Below the pieces are notes generated by a model. The model did not search any database, was not told the origin of the DNA, and saw only the letters and a list, made by a program, of their open reading frames with translations. Position numbers and translations under genes: made by a program. A DNA stretch of 64,000 nucleotides from Pelagomonas calceolata (Eukaryota), in contig CAKKNE010000001.1 in the NCBI GenBank assembly GCA_918797485.1, positions 1-64,000 of the forward strand, in the 5' to 3' direction. Positions 1 to 13,400 of the stretch are shown here, piece by piece (positions within the stretch are counted from its first letter, which is position 1; each line of letters opens with the position of its first letter).

Positions 1-115
1 CCAGGTCGACGCCTGGCGGCCCCTGGGCGACGGCGCCGGCACGGAGCGCGCGGGCGACAGCGCGCAGCGAGACAGCGCGGAGACGCACGCGCGGCACCGG
101 CAGCGGGCGAAAGCC

Positions 116-922
116 GTGCTCGACGCCGCGGTCGCGCTGGGCTACGCAAAGAGCGGCGAGCAGTGCGCGAACCGCACGGAGGACTGCGCCGACTTATATC
201 CGAACGACTACTTCGATTTCGTGTACGTCGACGCGTCGCACGATCGAATTGATGTACTCATGGATTTGCACCTCTGGTGGCCAAAGGTTAAAAATGGTGG
301 CGTCCGTGGTCTGCGTGGAATCAAATTTTGTCACTGCGACTGCTCGATGGCGTGGAGCACAACCGAACTCGCGCAGGTCATGGCCGGCCACGACTATACG
401 GAGCATCGCGAGCCGGCGCCGCACGCGTGGGCCTACGGCGCACCAGACGACGATGCGTGGCCCGAGCCTTTTGATGGGGATCATGCCGTGTCCGTCTCGA
501 TCGATGATAAAGGAGAGCAACCCGTCGAGACGCGGTTCGGCGAATCTAGGGTCGACGCGGCGCTCCGCTTCCTCGAGGGCCGCGATTTGTCGGGCGCGGG
601 CTGCGCGCGGGGCAACCAGACGTGCATGGCCGAGGCCCTCGTCGCGATGGACTGGGCGTCGCAGTATCCCGTGCGCGAGTTTCATGAGGGCGGCTTCACC
701 GACCCATGCTTACCCGCGTTCGGGGTCAACGGCTGCGGCATGGCGTTCGACCCGCACACGGCGGGCGAGGACTGGTCCAAGCACCCGCGGGCGGTCCGCG
801 GCGCCGTCGACGACTTCTTCTCGGGGACGGCCTACGCCGCGCCCGACCTGCAGAAGTGCCCGCGGCAGGTCGTCGTGACGTACCGTGAGCGGGGGTGGAA
901 CTCGTGGATGGTGGCTAAGTAG
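116..922 (+). CDS. Class I SAM-dependent methyltransferase (Methyltransf_24-like), 3' part; the gene probably starts before the window; intron 302-376
   Basis: Contains FDFVYVDASH. Removing intron 302-376 gives KVKNGG|VMAGHDY, the typical GG..GHDY motif. Confidence 0.65.
   Translation: MLDAAVALGYAKSGEQCANRTEDCADLYPNDYFDFVYVDASHDRIDVLMDLHLWWPKVKNGGVRGLRGIKFCHCDCSMAWSTTELAQVMAGHDYTEHREPAPHAWAYGAPDDDAWPEPFDGDHAVSVSIDDKGEQPVETRFGESRVDAALRFLEGRDLSGAGCARGNQTCMAEALVAMDWASQYPVREFHEGGFTDPCLPAFGVNGCGMAFDPHTAGEDWSKHPRAVRGAVDDFFSGTAYAAPDLQKCPRQVVVTYRERGWNSWMVAK
302..376 (+). mobile_element. Degenerate introner intron (75 nt, GT-AG, in frame)
   Basis: GT, then CTGCGTGGAATCAA (introner TIR), internal TCGATGGCGTGG, and a GCGCAG end. 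TSD is degenerate (GTCCGTGG/GTCATGGC). Confidence 0.7.
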
Positions 923-1052
923 GTGTGTATCAAATACCGACGCCGTGCAGACGTGTTCGCGTCGCGCGACGGCGTTTGTGAGTTGAAAATTCGGGTTTTT
1001 CAAGCCGAGTCAAGCCGCCGCGCAAGCCCAATAACTCACCGCAAAACGCAAG

Positions 1053-2192
1053 ATGATCCTCACAACATGCGCCGCCTGCGCCGCCCCACTGGCCCACGAC
1101 GCGCCGCGTTGCGTTAGATGTAAGTTGCGCTACTGCAACGCCACTTGCCAACATGACCACTGGCGCCGCGGCCACAAGCAGATGTGTAAGAAAATACACC
1201 GCGGCGGCAACGCGGAGCAATACCACGCCGACAAAAAATACAAGGAGGCCGTCGCGGAGGCCGTCGAGGCGTGCGCGGACGACACGAAGGGCCAGACGTG
1301 TTATATTTGCACGCAAGCCCTCCATTGGAAAACGAAGGAGGGTCTCGTGCGCGGGTGCTCTTGCCGTGGGACGGCGGGCTTCGCGCACGTGTCGTGCCTG
1401 GCGGAGCAGGCGAAGATTTTGATGGACGAGGCCGAGGAGAACAATTTGGATGCCAAGGCGTTGAATGAGAGGTTTGAACGGTGGTACACGTGTAGCCTGT
1501 GTGAGCAACGGTACCACGGCGTCGTAATGAACGCACTCGGGTGGGCGTGCTGGAAGAAGTACGTGGGCCGGCCGGAGACGGACCAGCTTCGGCAAATAGC
1601 GATTTCGATTCTTGGTAACGGTTTACAAAATGCGGAACAATACGAGGAGGCGTTGTCCGTGCAAGAGGCGGAGTTGTCTATGCTGCGGCGACTTTGCGCA
1701 TCAGAACAGTCATTGCTCGATACTCAGAGCAATCTTGCGATTTCGTACCTTCAGCTTGAACGGCTCGAACAGGCCGTAAATGCGTTTCGAGGTGTATATT
1801 CCGGACGTTTGAAGCTCGACGGCGAGGAACATGAGAACACCCTCATTGCGGCCAACAACTACGCGGACTCCCTTAATGGTCTCAAGCGCTTCAAAGAAGC
1901 CAAATCACTGTTGCGCAAAACGATGCCCGTAGCACGACGCGTTCTCGGAGAGGGGAATGAACACACGCTCAAGATGAGGTGGGTTTACGCGCGGGCGCTC
2001 TACTCGGACCCCGACGCCACGCTCGACGATGTCCGCGAGAGCGTGGAGACGCTCGAGGACGCTGAACGGATCGCGCGGCGCGTGCTCGGCGGCGCGCACC
2101 CTATTACAAAAGAAATGGGGAACGACCTGGGAACTACGCGAGCCGTGCTCCTCCGCGCCTGCGAGACGCTGTCGCCGCCGGGGAGTGCCTAA
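1053..2192 (+). CDS. MYND zinc finger + RING-variant (C4HC3) + TPR/kinesin-light-chain-like repeat protein, intronless
   Basis: CAAC..CVRC..YCNATCQHDHW..HKQMC (MYND); CYIC..CSCRG..HVSCL..W.TCSLC (RINGv); repeats of the type VLGE.HEHTL. Confidence 0.85.
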   Translation: MILTTCAACAAPLAHDAPRCVRCKLRYCNATCQHDHWRRGHKQMCKKIHRGGNAEQYHADKKYKEAVAEAVEACADDTKGQTCYICTQALHWKTKEGLVRGCSCRGTAGFAHVSCLAEQAKILMDEAEENNLDAKALNERFERWYTCSLCEQRYHGVVMNALGWACWKKYVGRPETDQLRQIAISILGNGLQNAEQYEEALSVQEAELSMLRRLCASEQSLLDTQSNLAISYLQLERLEQAVNAFRGVYSGRLKLDGEEHENTLIAANNYADSLNGLKRFKEAKSLLRKTMPVARRVLGEGNEHTLKMRWVYARALYSDPDATLDDVRESVETLEDAERIARRVLGGAHPITKEMGNDLGTTRAVLLRACETLSPPGSA

Positions 2193-2247
2193 GCCCAGTA
2201 CTAGCCCAAGATACTAGCCCCTGACTGAAAACTACACATAACCCTCC

Positions 2248-5200
2248 TTAGGTCGCCCACCCCGCCCCCGGCACCAGCCAGTCCGGGGCCGGCGGCGCGC
2301 CCCCCGACTTCTTCGACCCGGCCTCGGATTTTTTGCCACGCGACGACCGCGACCGCTTCGACCGCTTCGAGGATTTTGATTTTGTCGAGCCGCCGCTCGC
2401 CACGGAGCCGTCGTCCGGCGCGACCTTGGCCTTCTTGACGGAATCGTCGCTCTTCTTCCCCGCGAGGCGCTGTTGGAGTTTGCCGGCCCAGGAGTTGTCC
2501 ACCACTACTTTAGGGGTGAAGTTCAATGGTGGTTTTGGTGCATCTAACAACATCTCGGCCATCTCGTCCAACGTCAGGACGCGGCCGGCCGCCCCGAGCG
2601 ACAGATCCTTCAACTCCCCAGCAAATCTTTCCTTCATCAAACAGTTCTCGCACTTCTGGCCGCCCGTGCAGATGATGCACTCCATGTCCTTGCCGCCTCT
2701 CCCATACTTGTCGTACTCCAGGGCGAAGGTCTCCCGTTCCCTCAAAATGTCCGCATTCTGCGCGTCGCTCAAAATAGCGCGCTTGTAGACGCGGTTGATG
2801 TCCGCCGGGTCCGACAGCGGTCGTATGATGGCCACGGTGCAGTGCTTGCCGCAGACTACTCTGCTACATCGTCCGACAGAACCCTGCACGCCGATGATCC
2901 CGAAGACCTCCAACTGCGCGAAATGGAGAAAGTTGAACCCTTCCAGCTGCACGCGGATGTACCGCGCCGAGATGTTCTCGGGGACGTGCCACGTCGTGCA
3001 TCTTTTATCCCTAGCGATCTGGCCGCGCCACACTTTGCCCGAGAGCGTTGATCAGGGAGGACCCGCCGACTTCGTCGGAGTAGGGCTTTTGCGACGCCAT
3101 GATCCAGCACGGGACTAACCGAGAAGAATATTTGTCCCTAGCCATCGTCTGGTCCGGCGGCTCGTCCGTGCGGTTCCACAGCTTCACAATGTGCAAATTC
3201 GCAAAATCGCCCAGGTCGACCTCCCACCAGGCTTGGGGGTCCTGTTGGGTGGACGTGCAGAGTTCTGGTGAACTACCATCACAATTTCCATCGACGGCCA
3301 CATGAGCGTCCTGGCCGCCGTAGCAGCTTGATTGTCTTGCGGGTCTTCCTAAAGCCAAATTCCCAGGCCGCGAATAGATACAAGCGGCGAGCGTGGGCTC
3401 CGCCAAAAATCTAACTTTAGGATGGGCCGCGCAGCACCCGTCGTCGTTCATGCCCCAGCAGTAGAGCTCGCCCTCCGACGTCACGACGCCACTATGGGCG
3501 AATCCGGCAGAAGCCTGGACGGCCTGGACACTCGCGAGTTCGCCCATGACGCGATCAAAAGCCGGATGAAATAGACCTAAGACGGACGCCGAGCCGGCGG
3601 CGAAGACCTGGCCACCTTGTTTTTCCTTCATTCGATTCGTTCCCGTCCCGGTCCAGACTTCTTCAATTAATGTGACTGCTAGGGTATGGGCGTTGCCACA
3701 AGACACATCTCCTATTCTATGGCCGGCCTCAAAGAGAGCGTCCACTCGTCGCGGGGACCAGTGCGTCGCCAGACCTTCCCTCCCAAGGCCTAGTCGGCCA
3801 CCATCACCGCAGCCCCAGACGAACAGTTCACCATCAGTGGTGGTAGCCGCGGTGTGCGCCGCGCCGCAGGACACTGTCCTCAACAGGGGTCGGTTCTTCG
3901 GTCTTAGTGGCAGGTGGACCGGGAGTGAGGCGTAGCACTCCTCCTCTTTTGCCGCTAATCCTAAACCGAGCTTGCCGGAGGCCGCCGAGCCCCAGACATA
4001 CAAGTCCCTCGACGTCGTCACGCAGGCCATGTGCGAGTAGCCGCAGGCTGTGGTCAACACTGGCGTCGAGGCCAATGCTTGCACGACGGTCGGTCGCGTC
4101 GCGTCCGCTCGCGGGTCCCCATTTTCCGTAATATCCAATCCTAGTCTCCCACCAGACCCGAGGCCCCACGTGTACAACGCTCCAGACTGATGCACCGCCG
4201 CAAAATGCTGCGCGCCGCCCGCTATTTGTTTTATGGCCGCGTAGCCCTGGGCTATTTTATGACCGGCACCCCTTGCCGTAATACCACCGGACTCAATAAC
4301 AATGGAGTTGCCACGAGCGGTCCTTTCCGGAGAAGTAGCTTCAGCGGCCTCCTTGACCTGCTGGCGCCAGGCCTCGTAGGCGTGCTCGCGCTTGGCGATG
4401 TTTTCCACAACTTCCGTTTGTTTCTTTTGTCGGTCCCTCGCATCTTCTTCCGCTTGAATCTCGCGCAGGGGCGCCCACATCTTCGTGATGTCTACCACTA
4501 ACCTTTTTGCTAGAGCTACGCGTCGCACCTTCTTCAATTCCCTAATCTCTTCTTCGAGCTCGTGAATCCGCCGATGGGCCCGCTCGCCCAGCACCCGCTT
4601 CTCCAGCATGATATCTCTATGTAACAGATCACAAAGCATGAGCTTCGTCATCTCCTCGGGCTGCTTGCCCCGCACTTCTAGGGAGGTGACGATCCAGTTA
4701 TAATCGACGTTTGGGAGGCACTCGTCGGCATAAAATTTTCTCCTGTCTACGTCGGGCGGTGGGGCCGACCACTTGCCGTAGTACGTCAAGACGACTTTCA
4801 GCGCTTCGCTGCCATCATTAAGTTCTCCTAGCTCGTCGACTTCTGGTGGGGGCGGCTCGGGCTTGAACCGCGTCCCTAGGAGTAATTGGGACCTTGGAGT
4901 CGTATCCCCGCGCCAGTGCGTCTGCCAGTGGGCGTCGGGCTCGATCTCGTACCACCAGTGGTCCGAACCGCCCCAGGTCCACAATTCCCCGAGGTCCGAC
5001 TGTGCGAGTATCACCGTGTCACTGATGGCAGCATCATACACCCGCTTGCCCCACAGCTTCGCCGCATTTTCACCCACAACCAAATCATTAAACGGCGACG
5101 ACGCGAGCTCGTTCTTCAGCGCTTCCACGTCGATGGCGTCTTTTGTCTCCAATGAGTCCATCTTCCGGTCCGGGTCAAAGTCCGCCTTACCCGCGGTCAC

Positions 5201-6220
5201 TCGTCGCGTCCAGAGCTTCTGCACGATTTCATGCGTCCCGTCCTTCTCGCCCTGGGCGCCGAACTGTCCTCTAGCACCCCGACCAAACACGTAGATCTGA
5301 CCGGCCGCGTCCAGAGCCTTGCACAATTCAATCTGCGCCCGTCGCCTCGCATGCTTAATGTACTCGTTCTTCTGGTCGAGGATGGCCCGCCACGTCCGCC
5401 ACCGCTCGGCCTCGGCCATGGCCCGCCGCTCCTGCTCCTCCTCTTCGTCTAGACATTTTTCTAAAATACGTTCGAGCTTCTTGCGGGAAGCGAATTTCGG
5501 CACGTCGACACCTCTGTCAGTAAGTTCCTTCTTCACGTCGGCGACAGCGAGCCAGATCTGTCTAAATTCGTCGTAGTCAATCTCCCCCGACTGATCTTTA
5601 TCATACTTCAGGAACAACCGCTCCTGGTTCGCGTCAGACACCTCGAGCTTGAGGTACTCGAGCACGAAGTAGAACTCGTCCTCGTTAATATTGCCCGACC
5701 CGTCCTCGTCGAACATCTCGAACGCGTCGATCGGTGTCAACAACGCGTTCGGCGCGAAGCCGATCGGGTTGCCGTTGTTCGGGTCGCAGGCAAACAACGC
5801 GACGCGGAACTCCTCGAAGTCGATCTGGCCACTGTCGTCGACGTCGCACATCTTGAAGTACTTGACGGCCTTGGCGGAGGACATGTGTATTTTTAACTTT
5901 TTGAGCATAACCTTAAATTCTTCCAGGTCGATTTCACCAGATCCATCGGTATCGAAGCGCTTGAACACTTCTTCCGGGGGCATTTTGGACCAGTCGATGC
6001 CGTCGTCGTCGTCGTCGTCTTCCTCTTGCTGGGCCGCTTGGCGTCGCGTGCCGGTCGTCTCCGTATTTACTGTTTGGTCGTCCGCCGCGCCGGGGGCGCC
6101 GCCGACCATCCTATTACTGTTCTTCCAGGGGAGGAGCGAGCGGGGCCGGCGCGGTGCTTCGTCGTCGTTGGCATCGTCGTCGTCGTCGGGGCTCACGCGC
6201 CGCCGGCGTGTCCGCCTCAT
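2248..6220 (-). CDS. EF-hand x4 + RCC1 repeats + fucolectin/F5-8 type C domain protein; frameshift near 3030
   Basis: EF loops DTDGSGEID, DVDDSGQID, DEDGSGNIN and DKDQSGEID; RCC1 motifs VSCGAAHT..GELFVWG.G..GRLG; NLALGRPARQSS..WWEVDLG continuing into ARYIRVQL in ORF 2248-3033. Confidence 0.8.
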
Positions 6221-6623
6221 GGTGGTCGGTGTGACACTGGGCCCAGGCAGCCCTTGCTGCGGGCCACAGGCGCGTCCGACGTCCGACAGCTGCCCTCGGC
6301 TGAAGCCCTCGGCCGGAGCCCTGCTCCTGGGCGCGTATAAGGCCGTAAAGGCTGCCCACCGGCCGCGCTGCGTATCTCTAGTATGTTTATGCACGCTAAT
6401 AATCTCAGCCGAGCGCGACTCAGCGGGCGGCTATTGGGCGTCCACACGGCAAGCCAACGCGCTGAAAGAGACTCCCACGTTTATTTGCTGCTGCCACGCG
6501 CAACATTAGCCCGGCGCCGCCCCTGCGCTGTGATTATAAAAGGCCGCCCCTCGCCGCCTGCCCTGGGCCCGCGCGCGCACTCGCGGCCCGCTGTCGCCGA
6601 GCACCCAAGCCCAACACACAACG

Positions 6624-7468
6624 ATGCCGCGTTATTTCTGTGATTATTGTGATGTGTACCTTACGCACGACTCCGCGCCCGGTCGAAAGCAGCACATCCG
6701 GGGCTGGAAGCATCGGGAAAATGTGAAGCAGTACTACGAGCAGTACATGAAGCAGTTTTATGAACAAAATAGCGGCATGGGAATGATGCCTCCGGGTATG
6801 GCGATGGGCTCGCTCGGAGCGCTGACCGCGGGCCGCGCGCCCGTGGGTCTGCTCGGTCATCGCCCGGGCGTCGCCCCACCATTAGCGCTCGTGGGCGCGC
6901 CCGGCTCGATCCCGCGGCCACCGCTCGGCTACCCGCGGCCGCCGCTGGGCGTGCCTCCCCCTATGGGGTCGATTCCTGTGTGGAAATCAACCAGTGTGTC
7001 GGCGTGCACCCGACAATTCTTCGCTAAGTCATTTCTCGGCAATGACGCGGCCGTCCTGGCTCGGTCGAGCGGCGAGGAACCGGCATCGCCACGCCATCGA
7101 GCAGGTGTAGCGTCGATGGCGTGGAGGACGACGCGATGATTCAGCACGAACGCGCCGTAAAATTTTGATTTCCACACAGGTCGATTCCTCCGCCGCCGCG
7201 GCCGCCGGGCTTTCCCCCCGGTATGGCCATGCCGGGCATGCCTCCGATGGGCTTCCCGCCGCCGCCGGGCTCGCAGCTGTGTGGAATCAACCAGCGAGCT
7301 AGGCTGTCTCATCACGTCGATGGCGTGGGGCGCCCGAAATTTTATTTCCACGCAGGCTCGATCCCGCCACCGCCAGGATCCGTGCCACGGCCTCCGTTCC
7401 CCATGTCAGGCTTTCCGGGAGGACTCCCTCCTCCCCCGCCGGGGCCGCCTCCGCCGCGCCCTCCCTAA
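6624..7468 (+). CDS. SNRPC: U1 snRNP protein C; introns 6968-7179 and 7269-7355
   Basis: [32 protein letters not shown]1-C zinc finger, followed by a Pro/Met/Gly-rich tail. Confidence 0.95.
6968..7179 (+). mobile_element. Introner element intron (212 nt)
   Basis: Perfect TIR CTGTGTGGAAATCAA (6976) / TTGATTTCCACACAG (ends 7179). Perfect 8-bp TSD GTCGATTC at 6968-6975 and 7180-7187. Confidence 0.95.
7269..7355 (+). mobile_element. Introner element intron (87 nt, GC-AG, in frame)
   Basis: CTGTGTGGAATCAA...TTATTTCCACGCAG; TSD GCTCGCAG/GCTCGATC. Splicing restores GSIP. Confidence 0.85.
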
Positions 7469-7494
7469 ATCACTCGAAGTTTCAACACATACTC

Positions 7495-10400
7495 TTAGAG
7501 GTCGAGCGTCAGGGCGATGGGCTGCAGCGTCGGCGCGGGCGTCGGCGGCGCGACGCACATGGCCGCGCGCACGGCGGCCGCGTCCGTCACGGCGACGTCC
7601 AGCGCCGCGGCCGGATTACATTCGTAACCAGCGTCGCAGAAGACCATGTGGCGCATCGCCCCCGGGCACCGGAAGACGCCGCGCTCGATGATTGCGGAGC
7701 AGTGCCAGACGGCCTCGTCCGCGGTTTCGCACTCACGAGGGGCCGAGCAACTATCCACGAGCTGCGCCGTGTCAAAGGCCTCCGCGGTGTAGTGGCGCTG
7801 CCGCTCCACGACGAGCGGCTTGACGACACTTCCGAGACCGAGGCCCTCGAGGCAGAGCGCCTCCGTGTGCTCGCCCAGCAGTCTGTTCGCCTCCGGTGCG
7901 GCCCAGATAGCTTTCCCGGACTCAGCGTTCACGAAGGCTGGATCGTCGTAGTAAACGCATTGAGTCGCGGCCTCGGCCGCCGTCGTCGCGCCGCAGACTG
8001 GCGGCGCCGCGGCCTTGACGGAGACGAGGCCTCCCGCGTCGAAGACGTACACATACGCTTGGGCGGCCTCGACGTTCCCATGAATCCAAACGTGGTAGTC
8101 AGTGGCCCGAAAGGGCTTGATAGAGATAAACTCAAGACCTTCACCGGCAATGGTGTGGGTCGCGTCGCCACAGTTCGGCCTGCCCGCGCTCACCAAGCAC
8201 CGCTCGTCGTCGTCGGCTCGAAAGCCTAGGCGCAAATCAAGGTCCGTGCCGGCCGTCGCCCACACGAGCGCGACGACAACTTCGTCGGCCGCCAGCTGGC
8301 CGGTCAAGGGTAGCAGCGCCGTGCCCGGGTGCGCGAGCGTCGCTTTTGTCGTACCCGCGCAAGCACCATCGCAAGTCGCTTCGACGAAGGCGCCGTCCGG
8401 GACAGTGCCAAAGAATGAAGCGTCAGCGGCGCTCGCACCCACGGCGAGCGGCGCGCCGACGCTCGCCGTATCCACAACGACTAAGCTGGAGCCGTCGACG
8501 AGGTCGAGACCACACGTCCCGCTGACGGACTCGAGGCCCCCTTTGCGCGTACCGGCAGATAGACACACGACAGTGGCCGTCGCGGACGCAACGGGCGTCG
8601 TAGGCATGCTCGTGGTAGGTTGCGGTGTGGAAGGTTTCGATGTCGGCGCGGCCGTCGGCGCCGTGGACAGCGTCGGCGCCAACGACGGCGGCGCCGTCGG
8701 CGGCGGCGACGGTTGGGTCGTAGGCAGCGACGTCGGCGTCAATGACGGCGCGGGCGACGTAGGTGGCAGTGTCGACGGCATCGGCGACGGCGGTGTGGTC
8801 GGCAGCGGCGACGGAGCCAGGGTCGGATTTGACGATGGCAGATTCGTAGGAGCGACCGAAGGCAGCGGCGACGGCGCGTGCGTAGGACTCGCAGACGTCG
8901 GTCCGGCGGTCGTCGGCGCGCGAGTCGGGCGCGGAGTTGGCACCTTGGGCGTCGGCGCCGCCGTCGTCGGGACGTAGGAGGGCGCATACGACGGCTTGAG
9001 CGAGGGCGCGGCGGTCGGCGCCGACGACGCCGGCGATGGCGTCGGCGCAAGCGTCGGGGCCGAGGTCGGCGTCAGCGTCGGCGCCGGCACCGGAAGCGCC
9101 GTCGGCGCAAGAGACGGCGCGGACGTCGGGATGGACGATGGCCGCGGCGTCGGGGTCACGCTCGGCGCTGGACTCGGTGCCGGTGTCGGCCGCACGGACG
9201 GCTGCGCTGAGGGCTGCGGCGTCGTCGGAGAGGCGGTCGAGGGAGGTGATGTCGAAGGGGGCAGCGTCGCCGAGCTTAGATAGGCGGCCCCCACAACGTG
9301 CGCCGAGACCGGTTGGTCGCAGGCGCAGGGCACGCCTTCGTACGCGTCGACGCGGAGCTCCGCGCCCGTCGCCGCGGGAAGCCCGGAGCAGGTCCCGTAG
9401 CCGCCCCCATAGATGCGCGCGCCGGCCCAGCACTGGCACGTCGACGACGCCGAGTACTTCGCCGCGTAGATCGCGCAGAGGTCCACGCCGTGCGCCGCAC
9501 AATATAACGCGGAGACGGGCGCGTGCGTCGTGCCGTCCGCGCAGTGGTCCCCGATCGAACTGTTGGACGACGAGGCCCAGTAGTAGCCCGAAGACGTAGG
9601 GAGGGCGGTGGCGCCGAGGACGACGCTCTTCGTGTACGTCGAGTAGCCCTCCTTGGAGAACGATAATGAGGCCGTGCTCCCGTGCTGGCGGACGTCGTAG
9701 GGCACCTCGATGGCGTAGGCGCCGTCGGTTTTTGTAGTGACGGCGTCCGCGTAGGCGCACCCGGGCGCGTCGACCGACACCGAAGCGTCGCTCACGCCCG
9801 CCGCCCAGCAGTCGCCCCCGCAGCCCGCCTTGACGACTCTCCCATGAAACACGTGCGTGAGCTGCGTCGTCGCCTTGATTTTCAGATCATGGCTCACGCC
9901 CGCCACGGTGCAGATGCCGCAACTTACGTCATCCAATGAAAACGTCAACGCGTACGTCTCGTCGACGCACCCGGGGCAGAACTCGAAGGTCGCGAGCGCT
10001 TGCGCCACCGCGTCGGCCGCGCCCCGCAGTTTGTACGAAGAGGTGCCGTTCGCATAAGAGGACGAGGTGACCAGGGAATTATCCGAGAAGGTCAAGGACC
10101 CGAAGCCGTCGACGGACGCCCGCACGACGACGTCGCAGTCCTTGGCCCTCTCGTCACTCTGCAAAACGACGACGTTTTCGTACGTCTTGCACGCGCCCGA
10201 CGTCGCCGCGACGTCAAAAACATCGGTGCTGCAGCCCGTCCAGCCCGTCGGGCAGGTGTCGGCGCCCCAGCCGGGGACCGCCGCGATCGCCGCGGCTTTA
10301 CTCTGGCACGTCGCGACGCCGTCGAGCTCCCTTATACAATTGTCGTCCGCCGGCTGATCGATCCAGCGCGCGCAGCCCTCGCAGCTCAGGGGTTGCAGGA

Positions 10401-13400
10401 ACTGGTGCAGCGCCATGACGCAGCCGTTCGAGGGGGCGCTCGTCGTCGGCGTCGACGACGGCTGCGGCGTCGTGGGCGCGGGCGTCGGCGTTACCGAAGG
10501 CGCGGGCGTCGGTCTTACCGAAGGCGCGGGCGTCGGTCGCAAGCTAGGACTCACGGACGGGTGGGACGACGGCCGCGGCGAGGGCGCCGTCGGCGTCGAC
10601 GACGGTTGTGCCGTCGGAAGCGACGTCGGCAGGGCCGTGGGCGCCGGGCAAGTCCCGTTCGCGTCCTCTTGCGCGACGCCGCAAGCCGTCGCGGCGCACG
10701 GCGTCTCGTAGAACAGGCTGCTCACGTGGTCGGGAAACCCGTCGTCGTCGTCGTCGATCGTCAGGACCATGTCGGCGTCGACGCACCAGCCGAGGTACTG
10801 GTCGAACGCCTTGGCGAATTGGAACATCGAGTGCATCCGCGTGACGCTGGGAAAGCTCCAGGCGCTGAGCGGCTGGTTGAATTTCGTGGCGTTTTTGAAC
10901 ATCCCGTCCATGGCCGTGACGCTGGCGAGGTTCCAGGCGTCTAGCGGTCTGTTGAATTTTATTGCGTCTGCGAACATCCAAGACATGTCCCCGACGTTGG
11001 AGATGTCCCAATCATTGAGCGACTGGTTGAAGGATCGTGCACCCTCGAACATCTCCTCTAGCCGCGTCACGCCGGAGACGTCCCACGCGCCGATGGCCTG
11101 GTTGAACGCGAAGGCCCAGTCGAACATCCCGTACATGTCCTTGACGTTGGAAACGTCCCAGTTGCCGATCGGCCGGTTGAACGCGAAGGCGTCTTCGAAC
11201 ATATATCTCATATCCGTGACGCTCTCGACCCGCCATTTGCCGATGTCTCGGTTGAACGACGAGGCGCCGAAGAACATATCATACATCGTCGTGACGCTAG
11301 AGGTATCCCACGCGCTAATGTCGTCGTTGAAGGAGGCGGCATGGGCGAAGAGAGCCTCCATGTCCGTCACCGCGCTGGTCACCCACGTCGAAATGTGGCC
11401 GTACGTCGCCTCGGCGGCCGCCGCGTCCGCGAGCCACGCCGCGACGGCCGTGCGGATGGTGGTGTCGTCCATGGCGTAGCCCGTGCAGCCATCTTGCGTG
11501 ACGCCGCACGACGTCGCCGCGCACGGCGTCTCGTAGAACAGGCTGCTCACGTCGTCGGGCTGGTCGTTTATCGCCAGGACCATGTCGGCGTCCACGCACC
11601 AGCCGAGGTCCTGGTCGAACGCCTTGGCGTAGCGGAACATCGAGTGCATCCGCGTGACGCTGGGAAAGCTCCATTCACTCAACGGCTGGTTGAACGACGT
11701 AGCGTTGTGGAACATGCCGTCCATGGCCGTGACGCTGGCGGGGTTCCAGGCGTCTAGCGGTTTGTTGAACGCCGAGGCGTCTTGGAACATCCAAGACATG
11801 TCCGTGACGCTGGAAATGTCCCAATCATTGAGCGACTGATTGAAGGATCGCGCCCCCAAGAACATGTCCTCGAGCGTCGTCACGCCCGAGGTATCCCACG
11901 CGCCGATGGCCTGGTTGAACGCGAAGGCGTCCTCGAACATTCCGTACATGTCCTCGACGTTGGAAACGTCCCAGCCGCCGATCGGTCGGTTGAACGCGTA
12001 GGCGTCGTCGAACATGTACTTCATCGACGTCACGCCAGAGACATCCCACGCGCCGATGTCCCCGTTGAATGACGGGGCGTCGAAGAACATATCATACATC
12101 GTCACGACGCTAGAGACATTCCACGCGCCGAGGTCCTGATTGAAAGACGAGGCGCCGACGAACATGTAGTGCGTCGTAGTGACGCTAGAGGTATCCCATG
12201 CGCCGATGGGCTGGTCGAAGGCCGAGGCGTCTTCGAACATGAATTCCATCGTCGTGACCTTGTCGACTTGCCAGCCGCCGATCGGTCGGTTGAACGACGA
12301 GGCGCCCCAGAACATCTCATACATCGTCGTGACGCTAGAGGTATCCCACGCGCTAATGTCGTCGTTGAAGGAGGCGGCATGGGCGAAGAGAGCCTCCATG
12401 TCCGTCACCGCGCTGGTCCCCCACGTCGAAATGTGGCCATATAACGCCTCGGCGGCGGCCGCGTCCGCGAGCCACGCCGCGACGGCCGTTCTGATGTTGC
12501 CGTCGGTCATGACGTTGTTCACGGTCGGGCGCGGCGCGGGCACAGGCGTCGGCAGGGACGTGGGGACCGCCGACGGGGCGTAGCTCGGCGCGCCGGTCGT
12601 CGGACGGGACGTGGGCAGCGGCTTCGGGGCGTAGGACGGCGCGGGCGTCGCGGGCGTCGGCAGCGGCGTCGGCCGCGACGACGGCACGGCGGACGGCGTG
12701 GAAGTCGAGGGAAGCGGCGTCGGCGCCGGCACCGGCATGGACGTCGGCGCCGAGGTCGGCACGAGGGGGGCGCGCGACGGCGCCGCAGAAGGATGCGCGG
12801 TGGGTCTCGGCGACGGCAGGCGCGAGGGCGCCGGCGATGGTTTCAAGGAAGGCGGCGACGAGCTTGGTGAAGAGGACGGCGCCGCCGTCGACGGACGCGC
12901 CGTCGACGGTATCGAGGACGGCATCGGCGACGGTAGGAATGATGGTTCCGGCGAAGGCTGGGATGTCGTAGGATACGGCGACACGGAGGGAGCCGGCGTG
13001 GGGTAGGGCCAGAACTCCGTGATCGGTTCTAGTAAAACCCTGTCGTTGCCTTCGTCCACCAGATCCGTTGGAGGGAGCCTATCTAGTAAAGTGGCGTTCT
13101 CGAAGGGCGCGTAGTCGCAGGTCAGCACGCCTCGCGCTTCGTTCGGCGGGACCCGCTTTCCCGTAGAAGCGAGGAGCACGGACAGCCCAATCACGACGAG
13201 GGCCACGCCAAACGACAGGGCGAGGGACCCGCTCACGGAGCTGTTCCGATGATGTAAAATACGTTTGCGGTCCCAACCATCGACGATCTTCGTGCGGACG
13301 TAGTGGGACGCCTTGACTAAGCCCATCAAAAGAATCAGCACGACTAACCCGCCGTAGACGAGGAAGAACCAGTTCGTCTCGATTAATACCTTCAGGGAGT

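Noticed and set aside
10690..12510. 75-bp periodic repeats as a CRISPR-like array
   Set aside because: They are in-frame coding DUF285 repeats with no repeat-spacer structure and no cas genes, in a eukaryotic context.
8102..13006. Long antisense ORFs rich in Gly/Val/Arg
   Set aside because: These are shadow ORFs expected from high GC and repetitive coding on the opposite strand. The same applies to most overlapping ORFs in the track.
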